From positions 310,001 through 374,000 of the IMG/VR virus record IMGVR_UViG_3300032236_002285: a stretch of 64,000 bases of DNA, one strand, 5' to 3'. Position numbers and translations under genes: made by a program. Below the pieces are notes generated by a model that saw only the letters and a list, made by a program, of their open reading frames with translations, did not search any database and was not told the DNA's origin. Each line of letters begins with the position of its first letter. Position 1 is the stretch's first letter. Shown here one piece after another: positions 9,433-18,735 of this stretch.

Positions 9433-9869
9433 TATTGACCAAGAACAATTTTTGGATGTCTAAATGGTTTACCATTTAACATATAACCCTTAGTAACAAC
9501 ATCTATAACTTCTGTTTTACCAGTAGGAACTACACTAATAACTTCGTGTAACTCATCATCATAAGTTTCAGTTTGAATAGTTTCAATACCTTGAGACTTT
9601 AAAAAGTTTTCAAGTTTTTGAGCAATCAGTTGAATACCTTGTTTAGCTGATTCATCTTTAATGTTTTTAATAGCAATTGCTACATCATTATCCATATCAA
9701 GAATAGGAGTAACCATTCCAACTTTAGTATTGAATTTAATTTCTTCTTTTTCTTTTTGAACTCTTCTTTTGTAGTTTTCAAATTCAGCATAAAGACGAAC
9801 ATACTTATCTTCAGCCTCTGCCAACTTTTCAACTAATGTTTGTTCATTTTCAATTTGATTTTCTTGCAT
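9432..9869 (-). CDS. grpE: GrpE nucleotide exchange factor
   Basis: YVRLYAEFENYKRR, LHEVIS, KGYMLNGKPFRHPKIV. Confidence 0.93.
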   Translation of the reverse strand: MQENQIENEQTLVEKLAEAEDKYVRLYAEFENYKRRVQKEKEEIKFNTKVGMVTPILDMDNDVAIAIKNIKDESAKQGIQLIAQKLENFLKSQGIETIQTETYDDELHEVISVVPTGKTEVIDVVTKGYMLNGKPFRHPKIVLGQ

Positions 9870-9873
9870 AGTA

Positions 9874-10359
9874 TTAATAGTTAAATTTTAATAGTTTTCT
9901 TACATTGTTTGAGTTATAAAATTCATAAGTTACATTTTTATCTACAATCTTATGTATTTCTAATTTTTCAACCTCAATTTTCATTAATTCAACATAATCA
10001 ACCAATTCTTTAAGACATCTTGTCCAAACAGAATTTGGTTCCCAATAATCAGGAAATTTATCAACGAATTTATCAATAGCAATATCAAATGTTTTCTTTC
10101 TAACAAGTAAGTAATCTTTTTCTTTAATGGATTTATTTGTTAAGAACTCCATTATATAAGTATTGAATTTATGAATAAGATTATCTGTTTCAATAATTTT
10201 CAATAAACCTATTACCAAAGCATCTCTTTCAGAGAGTTCCATTTCTTTGTTTTCTTTTAGTAATTTCTCTGCTTCTTTCTCTGAACCAACTATGTAATAA
10301 ACATAATGATCCCACAAACACATTCTTACAATATCTTCTGGATAGATTTTAATAGTCAT
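9874..10359 (-). CDS. Hypothetical protein
   Basis: ORF track; first gene of the operon containing grpE and dnaJ. Confidence 0.7.
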   Translation of the reverse strand: MTIKIYPEDIVRMCLWDHYVYYIVGSEKEAEKLLKENKEMELSERDALVIGLLKIIETDNLIHKFNTYIMEFLTNKSIKEKDYLLVRKKTFDIAIDKFVDKFPDYWEPNSVWTRCLKELVDYVELMKIEVEKLEIHKIVDKNVTYEFYNSNNVRKLLKFNY

Positions 10360-10378
10360 TTTAAAATAGTATTTTTTT

Positions 10379-10406
10379 ATTATAGTTTAAGTAACATACA
10401 AAGTTT
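10379..10406 (-). promoter_or_regulatory. Putative second promoter class AAACTTT-N15-TATAAT
   Basis: Same bipartite motif at 32922-32948 (-) and 45210-45236 (+); variant at 48719-48746. Confidence 0.5.
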
Positions 10407-10570
10407 TTTTAAATTAAAATTAACTATGTACTCAATAAACTCCATAGTTTTAGAAAAACTTTTAAAAAAGTTGAAAATTATTTAAAAAAACAAGAAAACT
10501 TGTATAAATAATTGAATATATAATTTCACTTTTACGATTGTAGGAGCTGAAAAAAATCAATATTTATGAA

Positions 10571-10798
10571 TTGAAAAACATTGTTAATTCAGAAGTGGAT
10601 ACACCTGATGGTAAAGCCACTCTAAAAGAAATCTATGTAACAGAATTAGGTTACATAATGGCAAAGATTTACTACCCTAAAAGAAGCGTATTTATTAATC
10701 ATCATATAGGGTCAATTAAAAATCTACTAGAATCGGAAAAGTTGAAACTAGTAACTGAATGGACAGAACATATAGTATTGAAAGAAAAGTTGATTTAA
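10571..10798 (+). CDS. Hypothetical protein (TTG start)
   Basis: ORF track; followed by the hairpin AAAAGTTGATT/AATCAACTTTT. Confidence 0.55.
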   Translation: MKNIVNSEVDTPDGKATLKEIYVTELGYIMAKIYYPKRSVFINHHIGSIKNLLESEKLKLVTEWTEHIVLKEKLI

Positions 10799-10981
10799 TA
10801 ATCAACTTTTTTTACTTTTATAAAACAATAAAGGTTTTTTAATATATAAAACCGAATTAGAAGAATAGTTCTTTTTTAAAAGAACAACTCAATTTAGTAG
10901 AAATTGAGAAAGATTAACAACAATTAGACGAGGGATCAGATTATCTGATTAATTTATTTACAAAAAATTAATTCATTTATC

Positions 10982-13789
10982 ATGAAAAAGATTAAGCTAT
11001 GCTTATTATCCTTGTTGTTAATCCTTGGATATCATCAAACTTTTGCTCAATGTGGTACATCAGATTGTTACATTAAAGGTGACTATGTTGAAGTTGGTGT
11101 TTCATCAACAGGTGCCTTTGGTGGTTGCACCGCGCCTTCTGGTTATCACAACAACGTTGGACTCAATCTTGGGTTTGTTGCTGACCCAGACAAAGATGGT
11201 TGGTTAGTAAGTGCACCGGGTAGTGCAAACTATATGGGTGACTACTTCGTTCCAGGTTCTCCTTATGAAGGCTGGGACTTACAATATAATGGTAACGTTT
11301 ATCGTTATCGAAATTGTCCATCGTTTGGAACTTGTCCAGGTTCTGCTTGTGCTAATACTGGTATTGTAACAACTGCAACAGATCAAACTACAACTTGGCA
11401 GGGAACAAACGGACCTTTATCTATCACACAAAAAACTGTTGTTAAAAAGGATAAATTGTATTTCGTTGTTTATATAGACATAGTAAATACTAGCGCCACT
11501 TTAGTTAATGGTGTTTATTACTTCAGAGGTCTTGACCCTGACAATGACCAACCTTGGTCAACATTAGCATCTTGTACTTTATGTGGATTCTCTACAGATA
11601 ACCGTGTAGTATTTCAACCAAGTTCAATTTCAAAAAACTGTCTTGTTACTGCAAATGGTCGTGGATACCCAGTTCAAGCTTACTTGGGTTTAGGAACTAA
11701 AGATTGTCGTGCTAAATCTTGTATTTTCAGTTCTTGGCCGTTCACTGGAACACCTAGCCAAGTATATACAGGTACAGGTTCTGCTGCTGCCGGTTCTGGT
11801 TGGTGGTATTCAGTTGGCTCTTATACACCTAATCAGGATATTGCGATTGGTATGGTTTTTAATTTAGGTAACTTAGCACCTGGTCAAAAAACATCATTAG
11901 CATTTACTTATATCCTAAAACAAGCTGACTTAGATTCCGCACTAAGTGAAACAGCTCCTAAGTTTGAATCTGCTGGTGCTGCTTACTCACCTTATACTAC
12001 TTTCCGTGTTTGTCCAGGTAAAACAGTTCCTTTGAAAATCTTAAACGGCGGTCAGTATAACTGGATTTGGACTCCGGGTACTTATATGACTGCTTCTGGT
12101 TCATCAACTACAATCCCAGTGGGAGGTACTATTCCTTCAATCACTGGTTCTTTAACATACCCATATGGTGCTGTTTACGGAGATTCTGCTGTAGTTACTG
12201 TTTGGGGACCAAAAACATATATCGCAACCGGTATTTCAAACTGTGATACTCAGTACTTAACTTTCTATGTTGATACTATTAGTTTTGCGGTTCCTCCATC
12301 TGTCACAACACCTATTAGATATTGTGAAGGTGATAAACCATCTATCTTGACAGCTAGTGGTGTAGCTGGTGGTATATTAAAATGGTATACAACACCAATC
12401 GGTGGTATATCAAGTCCTACGGCACCTACACCAACGACTACTTGGCCGGTTGGTAAAGTAGGTAGCTTTGATACAACAAGTTACTATGTTAGTCAGATGA
12501 ATGCTGCTGGATGTGAAACTCCAAGATCTCGTATTGATGTAATTGTTACTAAAAAGCCTACACCTCCAACTACTACAAATTTAGTATATTGTTTAGGTGA
12601 TACAACAAAATTACTAACTGCTGTTGGTTCTAATTTGAAATGGTATGATGCTTTAACAGCTGGAACTAAATATAGTACAACTCCTCTACCATCAAATTCA
12701 AAAGTTGGTATAACAAGTTATTATGTTTCTCAAAGTGTCAATGGTTGTGAAAGTGATCGTTCTAAATTAGATGTTGAGATTAGTAATGTTGTTGCTAGTT
12801 TTACAAAATCAAAGGATTCACTTTGTGGTGATGAATTACTTACCTTAATTAATAATTCTACAAGTAGTTCACCTGGAAGTTATGTTTCTCTGTGGACTTT
12901 AGGTGATGGTGTGAAAAGCACGGATAGTAATGTTAATCATAGTTACCTGGATATTAGAGGTACATATACTATTAAATTACTTGTTAAAAATGTTAATGGT
13001 TGTGTAGATAGTACATCACAAATAGTAAATGTATTTAAGAAACCTATATTAACATTATCTGCTAGTGATTCAATGATTTGTCAAGGTGAGGCAGTTGATT
13101 TTATAGGAACAGCCACTCCTGGTTATAGTTCATTGACTTGGGACTTTGGTGATGGTGATCCAGCTTATAACACTTTAAAAGTACGTCACGCTTTCACTAA
13201 ATCAGGATTCTTTAACATTATACTAAATGGTACTTATCCTGCTTGTCCTGGTGTTGGTTCGGGTGTTAATGTTAATGTGATTGAAGTACCTCATGTAAAT
13301 ATTGGTAGAGATACGGTAATATGTCCTGGTAATTTGGCACTTGAGTTAAAAAATCTAAATACATCAATATTACCATATTCATATATGTGGAATACAGGTG
13401 ATACAACACCAACAATATTAGTTCGTGCGGACGGTGAATATTCGTTGAGAGTTAGTTATTGGAAATGTTCAGCATCTGATAATATTACTATTAGTAAAGG
13501 TTGTTACTTAGATATACCAAATGCTTTTACACCGGGTTCTGGTAGTGATTATACAAATTATTTTATACCAAGAGATTTATTATCTAAATCAATTTTAACT
13601 TTTAGAATGAAGATATTTGATCGTTGGGGTCAATTAATATTTGAGAGTGATAAAGTAAATGGTAGAGGATGGGATGGTACATATAAAGGACAATATATGC
13701 CTTATGGTGTTTATGTTTATGTTATAAACGTATCATTTACAAATGGTGTTAGTGAGAATTATAGTGGTAACGTTACTCTTATAAGATAA
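10982..13789 (+). CDS. Secreted adhesin-like protein with PKD/Ig-like domains and a T9SS type-B (gliding motility-associated) C-terminal domain
   Basis: Sec signal peptide; Ig-like KWYT...YYVSQ repeats; PKD motifs (WTLGDG, WDFGDG); CTD IPNAFTP...KIFDRWGQLIF...GWDGTYKG...GVYVY...GNVTLIR. Confidence 0.9.
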   Translation: MKKIKLCLLSLLLILGYHQTFAQCGTSDCYIKGDYVEVGVSSTGAFGGCTAPSGYHNNVGLNLGFVADPDKDGWLVSAPGSANYMGDYFVPGSPYEGWDLQYNGNVYRYRNCPSFGTCPGSACANTGIVTTATDQTTTWQGTNGPLSITQKTVVKKDKLYFVVYIDIVNTSATLVNGVYYFRGLDPDNDQPWSTLASCTLCGFSTDNRVVFQPSSISKNCLVTANGRGYPVQAYLGLGTKDCRAKSCIFSSWPFTGTPSQVYTGTGSAAAGSGWWYSVGSYTPNQDIAIGMVFNLGNLAPGQKTSLAFTYILKQADLDSALSETAPKFESAGAAYSPYTTFRVCPGKTVPLKILNGGQYNWIWTPGTYMTASGSSTTIPVGGTIPSITGSLTYPYGAVYGDSAVVTVWGPKTYIATGISNCDTQYLTFYVDTISFAVPPSVTTPIRYCEGDKPSILTASGVAGGILKWYTTPIGGISSPTAPTPTTTWPVGKVGSFDTTSYYVSQMNAAGCETPRSRIDVIVTKKPTPPTTTNLVYCLGDTTKLLTAVGSNLKWYDALTAGTKYSTTPLPSNSKVGITSYYVSQSVNGCESDRSKLDVEISNVVASFTKSKDSLCGDELLTLINNSTSSSPGSYVSLWTLGDGVKSTDSNVNHSYLDIRGTYTIKLLVKNVNGCVDSTSQIVNVFKKPILTLSASDSMICQGEAVDFIGTATPGYSSLTWDFGDGDPAYNTLKVRHAFTKSGFFNIILNGTYPACPGVGSGVNVNVIEVPHVNIGRDTVICPGNLALELKNLNTSILPYSYMWNTGDTTPTILVRADGEYSLRVSYWKCSASDNITISKGCYLDIPNAFTPGSGSDYTNYFIPRDLLSKSILTFRMKIFDRWGQLIFESDKVNGRGWDGTYKGQYMPYGVYVYVINVSFTNGVSENYSGNVTLIR

Positions 13790-13807
13790 TATCAACAATA
13801 AAGTGAA

Positions 13808-13842
13808 AGAATAGTTGGCTTAGGTCAACTTTTCTTTTTTTT
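13808..13842 (+). terminator. Intrinsic terminator
   Basis: AGTTGGC-TTAG-GTCAACT followed by a T-tract. Confidence 0.6.
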
Positions 13843-13870
13843 AAATAAAATTTTTATATATATTTGTAAA

Positions 13871-14509
13871 ATGTCTAAATACAACAGAACATATCATTTA
13901 CCTTGGTCACCTGGTTCTACCAACGATGATAGAATATCAAACGGAGTTGAAACTCTGTTAGGTGTTGATATTGTTATTACTGAAAAGTTAGACGGTGAAA
14001 ATTGTGGTATGACTAAAGATGGTGTTTATGCTAGAAGTCATGCGGCTTTTACTACATCACCTTGGTCTAGAGAAGTAAGACAGTTACACAACTTAATTAA
14101 GAACGATATAGACGAAGATGTGTTCATCTTTGGTGAGAATATGGAAGGAATACATTCTATTGAATATACGAATCTTAAATCGTATTTCTATATGTTTGGT
14201 GTGAGAGATAACAATATCTGGATTCCTTGGGAAGGTGTTGAAGAGTATTCTTACTTATTAGATATTCCAACTGTGCCTGTTTTATTTAAGGGTGTAGTGA
14301 ATACTGAAAAAGAATTGAAAGACCTTGTGAATAGTTTAGTTAGTAAACCATCACAATTAGGTGGACAAATAGAAGGTGTAGTTGTTAGAAATGCTAGTTT
14401 ATTTCATAATGACGACTTTGCTGATAATGTGATGAAGTGGGTTCGTAAGGGTCACGTTCAAACAGATGAACACTGGACTCGTAACTGGAGACGTGCTAAA
14501 ATTAATTAA
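13871..14509 (+). CDS. ATP-dependent RNA/DNA ligase family protein
   Basis: Motif I TEKLDGEN, FGEN, EGVVVR, KWVR; TATATTTG at 13859-13866. Confidence 0.8.
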   Translation: MSKYNRTYHLPWSPGSTNDDRISNGVETLLGVDIVITEKLDGENCGMTKDGVYARSHAAFTTSPWSREVRQLHNLIKNDIDEDVFIFGENMEGIHSIEYTNLKSYFYMFGVRDNNIWIPWEGVEEYSYLLDIPTVPVLFKGVVNTEKELKDLVNSLVSKPSQLGGQIEGVVVRNASLFHNDDFADNVMKWVRKGHVQTDEHWTRNWRRAKIN

Positions 14510-14535
14510 AAAAGACCCAATTGGGTCTTTTTTTA
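14508..14535. terminator. Bidirectional intrinsic terminator
   Basis: AAAAAGACCC-AATT-GGGTCTTTTTT. Confidence 0.85.
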
Positions 14536-15699
14536 TTTTACTTTCTTGAATACAACTAAAATTTGTTTTAATTTTATTTCAGTTACTTTATTTCTTTCTT
14601 TCATATCATCCGCTCTTTCAGGATATCTTTCTAAGTCAACATTAAGTGACCAAGATTTAGTACAATTATCTAAATCAGATAAAAGAGTTTCTATATCAGA
14701 ACCAGTTAAAACCAACTTATCATTGGAAGCATAATTCATACTTAACTTTTCAACATTAAGAGTTTTATAATATCTATTCCAAAGAGGTTTATCAGTATCA
14801 TCATCATATCTGTTTGAGTATTCTTTAGCTGCTGGAATTATTTCAGTTCCAAATCTACCGGCACTACCATTATAGAATAAAGGTCCTTCAACTCTATAAT
14901 TTATTACATAATTAAAATTAAGTTTTTCACTTTTCAAATAATCTTTAATTCTTTCTGAGACATCAGTTAGTAAGGAATTGACATCACTTGAATATAAAAG
15001 ATTTCTACTTTCACCAACTCTTATATCTAAACTAAGATAATTTTGCTCTTTACTGAAATAAGGTTTCACATCAACTGGTAATTCATCTTCCATTTCTAAA
15101 CAGATATCATCTACATATTGTTCAACCTCTTTTACTTTTTCTAATTCATCATATCTTGCTGCGATTAGAATCATTGGAAAGTTAGCAGGATCTTTTAGTT
15201 TATCTGGATACAACTTACCTTTAGAGTTCTTAGACATAATAAAATCATCTTCTGGATAAATATCAGAATCACTCAATCTATAACCTTTATAAGTATCACC
15301 TTTAGATATTTCATCTTTAGAAATAAAAATAACATCTCTGCCAATTTTACCGTGTTCTCCACCACCAGTTGATTTATAATCTTTAGCTAAGTAAAGATTC
15401 CAATCTCTTAAAAACATTGCCCATTTTAAAGAGTTAGGTGGTAATTTATCTATAGTTACTTTTTCTAATTCATGTTTCATTATTTGTGTATCACCTGTGT
15501 AGAATGGTGAATCTTTAAGACCTTTAGTAGCTCTTTTTAATTCACTCCATTTAATATTCAACATTGGATAGATACCAAGAAGTTTTTTACCAAGAAATCC
15601 TAAAAGAGCATTTGGTATAAACATAAGAGATCTTTTCTCAGAAGGACTTAGTTCTTCGTTTACTTTATTGAAATTGTTATATGATTGTAAGTGTTTCAT
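14533..15699 (-). CDS. Hypothetical protein with CTS-like N-terminus (MKHLQSYNNFNKVNEE)
   Basis: ORF track; late operon. Confidence 0.75.
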   Translation of the reverse strand: MKHLQSYNNFNKVNEELSPSEKRSLMFIPNALLGFLGKKLLGIYPMLNIKWSELKRATKGLKDSPFYTGDTQIMKHELEKVTIDKLPPNSLKWAMFLRDWNLYLAKDYKSTGGGEHGKIGRDVIFISKDEISKGDTYKGYRLSDSDIYPEDDFIMSKNSKGKLYPDKLKDPANFPMILIAARYDELEKVKEVEQYVDDICLEMEDELPVDVKPYFSKEQNYLSLDIRVGESRNLLYSSDVNSLLTDVSERIKDYLKSEKLNFNYVINYRVEGPLFYNGSAGRFGTEIIPAAKEYSNRYDDDTDKPLWNRYYKTLNVEKLSMNYASNDKLVLTGSDIETLLSDLDNCTKSWSLNVDLERYPERADDMKERNKVTEIKLKQILVVFKKVK

Positions 15700-15703
15700 T
15701 ATA

Positions 15704-16168
15704 TTAATCTATTTTTCTGAATGCAAATGTAACAGAGTCAACCATTTGATTATCTGGTAAAGCATCTACTGAATTATAATATAAATACTTAGGAATTCTC
15801 ATAGTAAAAATATATTCTATTTCAAGACCTAATTCACCCTTAGCATATGATTCAGCAAATTTTAAATCTTCTTTAATATCAGATAAATTAAACTCTTTTA
15901 ATGTAGGTCCAAAAAATCTTGTATTGTCTTGAGCCAAAACTCTTTTTTCAATCTTAACATCTACTGTTTTTATAGATTGAGAAGTGCCTGGTTCTTCTTG
16001 CATATAATGAATATCAATTACATTTGATTTAGAAAAATCTAATTTTAGTGTATTTGATTCTTTAACACTAACTTTAAATCCTTGGTCTTTTAGTTCTTGA
16101 AATATATCCAAGAATATACTAAAATCCTGAGATTCAAATATTTTATATGATTTCAGGTGTTTCATCAA
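15704..16168 (-). CDS. Hypothetical protein with CTS-like N-terminus (MKHLKSYKIFES)
   Basis: ORF track; late operon. Confidence 0.75.
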   Translation of the reverse strand: MMKHLKSYKIFESQDFSIFLDIFQELKDQGFKVSVKESNTLKLDFSKSNVIDIHYMQEEPGTSQSIKTVDVKIEKRVLAQDNTRFFGPTLKEFNLSDIKEDLKFAESYAKGELGLEIEYIFTMRIPKYLYYNSVDALPDNQMVDSVTFAFRKID

Positions 16169-16748
16169 AGTCTTTAAATCTTTTTATCTTAAAAATAGAA
16201 CTGATATTTTTAAGTTTGCCTTTTATCTCATTTAACATTAATCTTTGAATTCTGTTTAATCTTCTGTGTTTTTCCAAAGCATCAACAATTTTTGATGTTT
16301 CCTCAAAGTATTTATTTCTAAATTTTTCAGAAGCGGTAAAAGCATCTGATATGTTTTGTAATCTATCTGCTAGTTTTATAGTTAAAGCACCTTCACTCAT
16401 ATTAACCATTTTAGACATTAAGTATTCGGCTTTTCCACCATATTTTTCAATTTCATCTTTGTTGGATGTTAATTCAACTACAATATCAGCAACTCTTTTA
16501 CCAAATTTACTTTTAATTAATTCATATCCTTCTTCAAAATTATCAAAACAATCTTCTATTGTATCATGTAAAAGACTAGCACAAAGCAAATCTTCTTCTG
16601 TTGTATATTGTTTTACAATACCGTTTACTTTTTGAACGTGTGCTTCAAAATAAGGCTTACCTATGAACTTTCTTATTTGTCCACTATGTAATTCTTCAGC
16701 TAATGTCCAAGCTTCTCTTTCTTTTTGTGTTAATGGTCTATTTGGCAT
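16143..16748 (-). CDS. HD-domain (p)ppGpp hydrolase-like protein (Mesh1/small alarmone hydrolase family)
   Basis: LHSGQIRK..GKPYFEAH, LLHDTIED, IKLADRLQN; TAATATATA at 16753-16761. Confidence 0.8.
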   Translation of the reverse strand: MPNRPLTQKEREAWTLAEELHSGQIRKFIGKPYFEAHVQKVNGIVKQYTTEEDLLCASLLHDTIEDCFDNFEEGYELIKSKFGKRVADIVVELTSNKDEIEKYGGKAEYLMSKMVNMSEGALTIKLADRLQNISDAFTASEKFRNKYFEETSKIVDALEKHRRLNRIQRLMLNEIKGKLKNISSIFKIKRFKDFDETPEII

Positions 16749-16881
16749 ATTGTATATATTAAATAAATTTTGTATTTTTGTAGTATTATAAAATAAATTA
16801 GTTTTATAATCGTCTATTTACAAGATAGTATAAAAAATTCAATTATACAAATTATTATTGACTTATTTTAATATATAAATT

Positions 16882-18225
16882 ATGAAGCTATTTAGATATA
16901 AAGAATTTTTAAGAGAATCATTGGAGTCAAAAAACTACAATATTCCCACATATGAACAAGCACTTGAACTTTGCTCAGGTGAAGAATCCCCATTTTATGA
17001 ATCTAAGATGGTTGTTGATGGGTTTAATGTATCTGTATTTAACTACCGTCTTGCTCAATATAAAGACTTTGCTAATCCTATTCCAGAAAAACCAGAGTTG
17101 AAAGGCTACGAAATGAGAGGTTTGACTTTTGTTTTTAATGAAGATGGTTCTTTATTCAATAGATATGTACTACTTGAAAAGTTCTTTAACTTAAATCAAG
17201 TACCAGAATCTTTATATTCAGTTGTTAAGAACTATAAAATTAAATTTGTGAATAACAAAGAAGATGGTTCTATTGCTTCATTTATTAAACTACCAAACGG
17301 TAAAATCGTTGGTAAATCTAAAATGGGGTTTGATAATGACCAAGCTGAAGGTATTAATCGTATTTATAAAACTAATAATCAAATCAAAAGTCTTGTTAAA
17401 TGGGCTTTAGATAATGATATTGTGCCTATATTTGAATATGTAGCACCAAACAACCGTATTGTATTAAGATACCCAGGTGAAGAATTAATCTTATTGAGAT
17501 TAAGAGATAATAAAACAGGTAAACATATTGATATTAGAGATCACTTAGATAAGGTTGGTGATATTAGAATTGCGCCATTTGAAGATGAAGTAAAAGACTT
17601 GGATCAATTAATTGAGTTGACAGCTACTCAAGTAGATAAAGAAGGTTCAATTGTTACTTGCGAAGATGAAATGGGTAGAGACTTTTTCTTTAAGTTAAAG
17701 ACTCCTTGGTATTGTGAACGTCATGGTTTACTTACTGAAGATCTTTATAGAGAGCATGTTATTATTGGTTATATCTTAGATGATAAGATAGACGATATCT
17801 TAGGTCAAGTACCAGAAGATGAAAAAGAAGCACATGAAAGAATTAATAAGATTATTTCTATTGTTAAGAAAACCATATCTGACAAAGTGTCAGAAATTGA
17901 AAAAGCTTACGAACAATTTGTCAAGTCTGGTATGACTAAAAAAGAATATGCTCTAAAGCATAGAGTTGGTAACCCAAACTTTGCCTTTGTGATGAATATG
18001 GTTAAGGCTGATGATTTAAGGAAGATGTCTAAGGAAGAAATCCTTGACATTTATGATATTATGGAAGACTATGAAAAATCATTACAAAGATGTGAACCAT
18101 ATGAAATGGCTAAAGAATGGTTAAGAGATATGACTAAGAGATTACACATTGCTAGAGAATGGTTACAAACAAAAGATAAAACTTTGTTTTTCCAAGATCC
18201 AGAAGAAAATGATGATGATAACTAA
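16882..18225 (+). CDS. T4 Rnl1-like RNA ligase with CTS-like N-terminus
   Basis: RGLTF, LEKFFNLNQ, KEDGS (motif I), FEYVAPNNRIV, EG, KLKT; starts MKLFRYKEFLRES; TAATATATA at 16869-16877. Confidence 0.85.
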   Translation: MKLFRYKEFLRESLESKNYNIPTYEQALELCSGEESPFYESKMVVDGFNVSVFNYRLAQYKDFANPIPEKPELKGYEMRGLTFVFNEDGSLFNRYVLLEKFFNLNQVPESLYSVVKNYKIKFVNNKEDGSIASFIKLPNGKIVGKSKMGFDNDQAEGINRIYKTNNQIKSLVKWALDNDIVPIFEYVAPNNRIVLRYPGEELILLRLRDNKTGKHIDIRDHLDKVGDIRIAPFEDEVKDLDQLIELTATQVDKEGSIVTCEDEMGRDFFFKLKTPWYCERHGLLTEDLYREHVIIGYILDDKIDDILGQVPEDEKEAHERINKIISIVKKTISDKVSEIEKAYEQFVKSGMTKKEYALKHRVGNPNFAFVMNMVKADDLRKMSKEEILDIYDIMEDYEKSLQRCEPYEMAKEWLRDMTKRLHIAREWLQTKDKTLFFQDPEENDDDN

Positions 18226-18470
18226 TGAGAATTTTAAAATTTAATGAATTGAAAGTAAACGATCCAAAACACAGATGTAAAATATGTGGTGAGCCTCTAT
18301 ATAGAACAGATGGTGGTGGTCACTCAGTTATATTACAATGTTCTTCAGATGCTGCTAAATTTTGGAACTTTGAAAGAGGTTCTAAAGATCAAAGTATTTC
18401 ACATAAACATTTTATGGATTCTACAATGAGTATACCAGTTGAAGAATGGAATGAATTAGAAAAGATATGA
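18225..18470 (+). CDS. Small Cys-containing protein (possible zinc ribbon)
   Basis: CKIC...C; N-terminus MRILKFNE. Confidence 0.6.
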   Translation: MRILKFNELKVNDPKHRCKICGEPLYRTDGGGHSVILQCSSDAAKFWNFERGSKDQSISHKHFMDSTMSIPVEEWNELEKI

Positions 18471-18619
18471 AACTAAAGAAATTTAAAGATTTTAAGAAAA
18501 GAAAAAAGACCGTAATTAAAAAAATTACGGATGCGCCATATGATTGGAGACCTACATTCGATCAAAATAGTCCTGCTCCAGGATATCAAATTAATATAGT
18601 ACAAACTAAACTTTCTTAA
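18467..18619 (+). CDS. Small basic hypothetical protein (50 aa)
   Basis: Not in ORF track. MKLKKFKDFKKRKK...; ATGA overlap with the upstream stop. Confidence 0.55.
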   Translation: MKLKKFKDFKKRKKTVIKKITDAPYDWRPTFDQNSPAPGYQINIVQTKLS

Positions 18620-18690
18620 ACTTATACCATACAAGTAATACAAGAAAATTAACAAAGAAAATTTCTGAATTTTTATCAGATTAAAAAACT

Positions 18691-18707
18691 TTGGCACGAT
18701 TTTTGAT
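18691..18707 (+). promoter_or_regulatory. Sigma-54-like -24/-12 element upstream of dnaK
   Basis: TTGGCACGATTTTTGAT versus consensus YTGGCACGRNNNTTGCW (one mismatch). Confidence 0.45.
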
Positions 18708-18735
18708 TTATCATTAATAAAAATAAAAATAAAGT

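Noticed and set aside
10566-10574. Two-codon uORF (ATG AAT TGA) overlapping the TTG start of gene 10571, as a regulatory or frameshift device
   Set aside because: Too short to distinguish from chance or a single-base sequencing error; no supporting structure.
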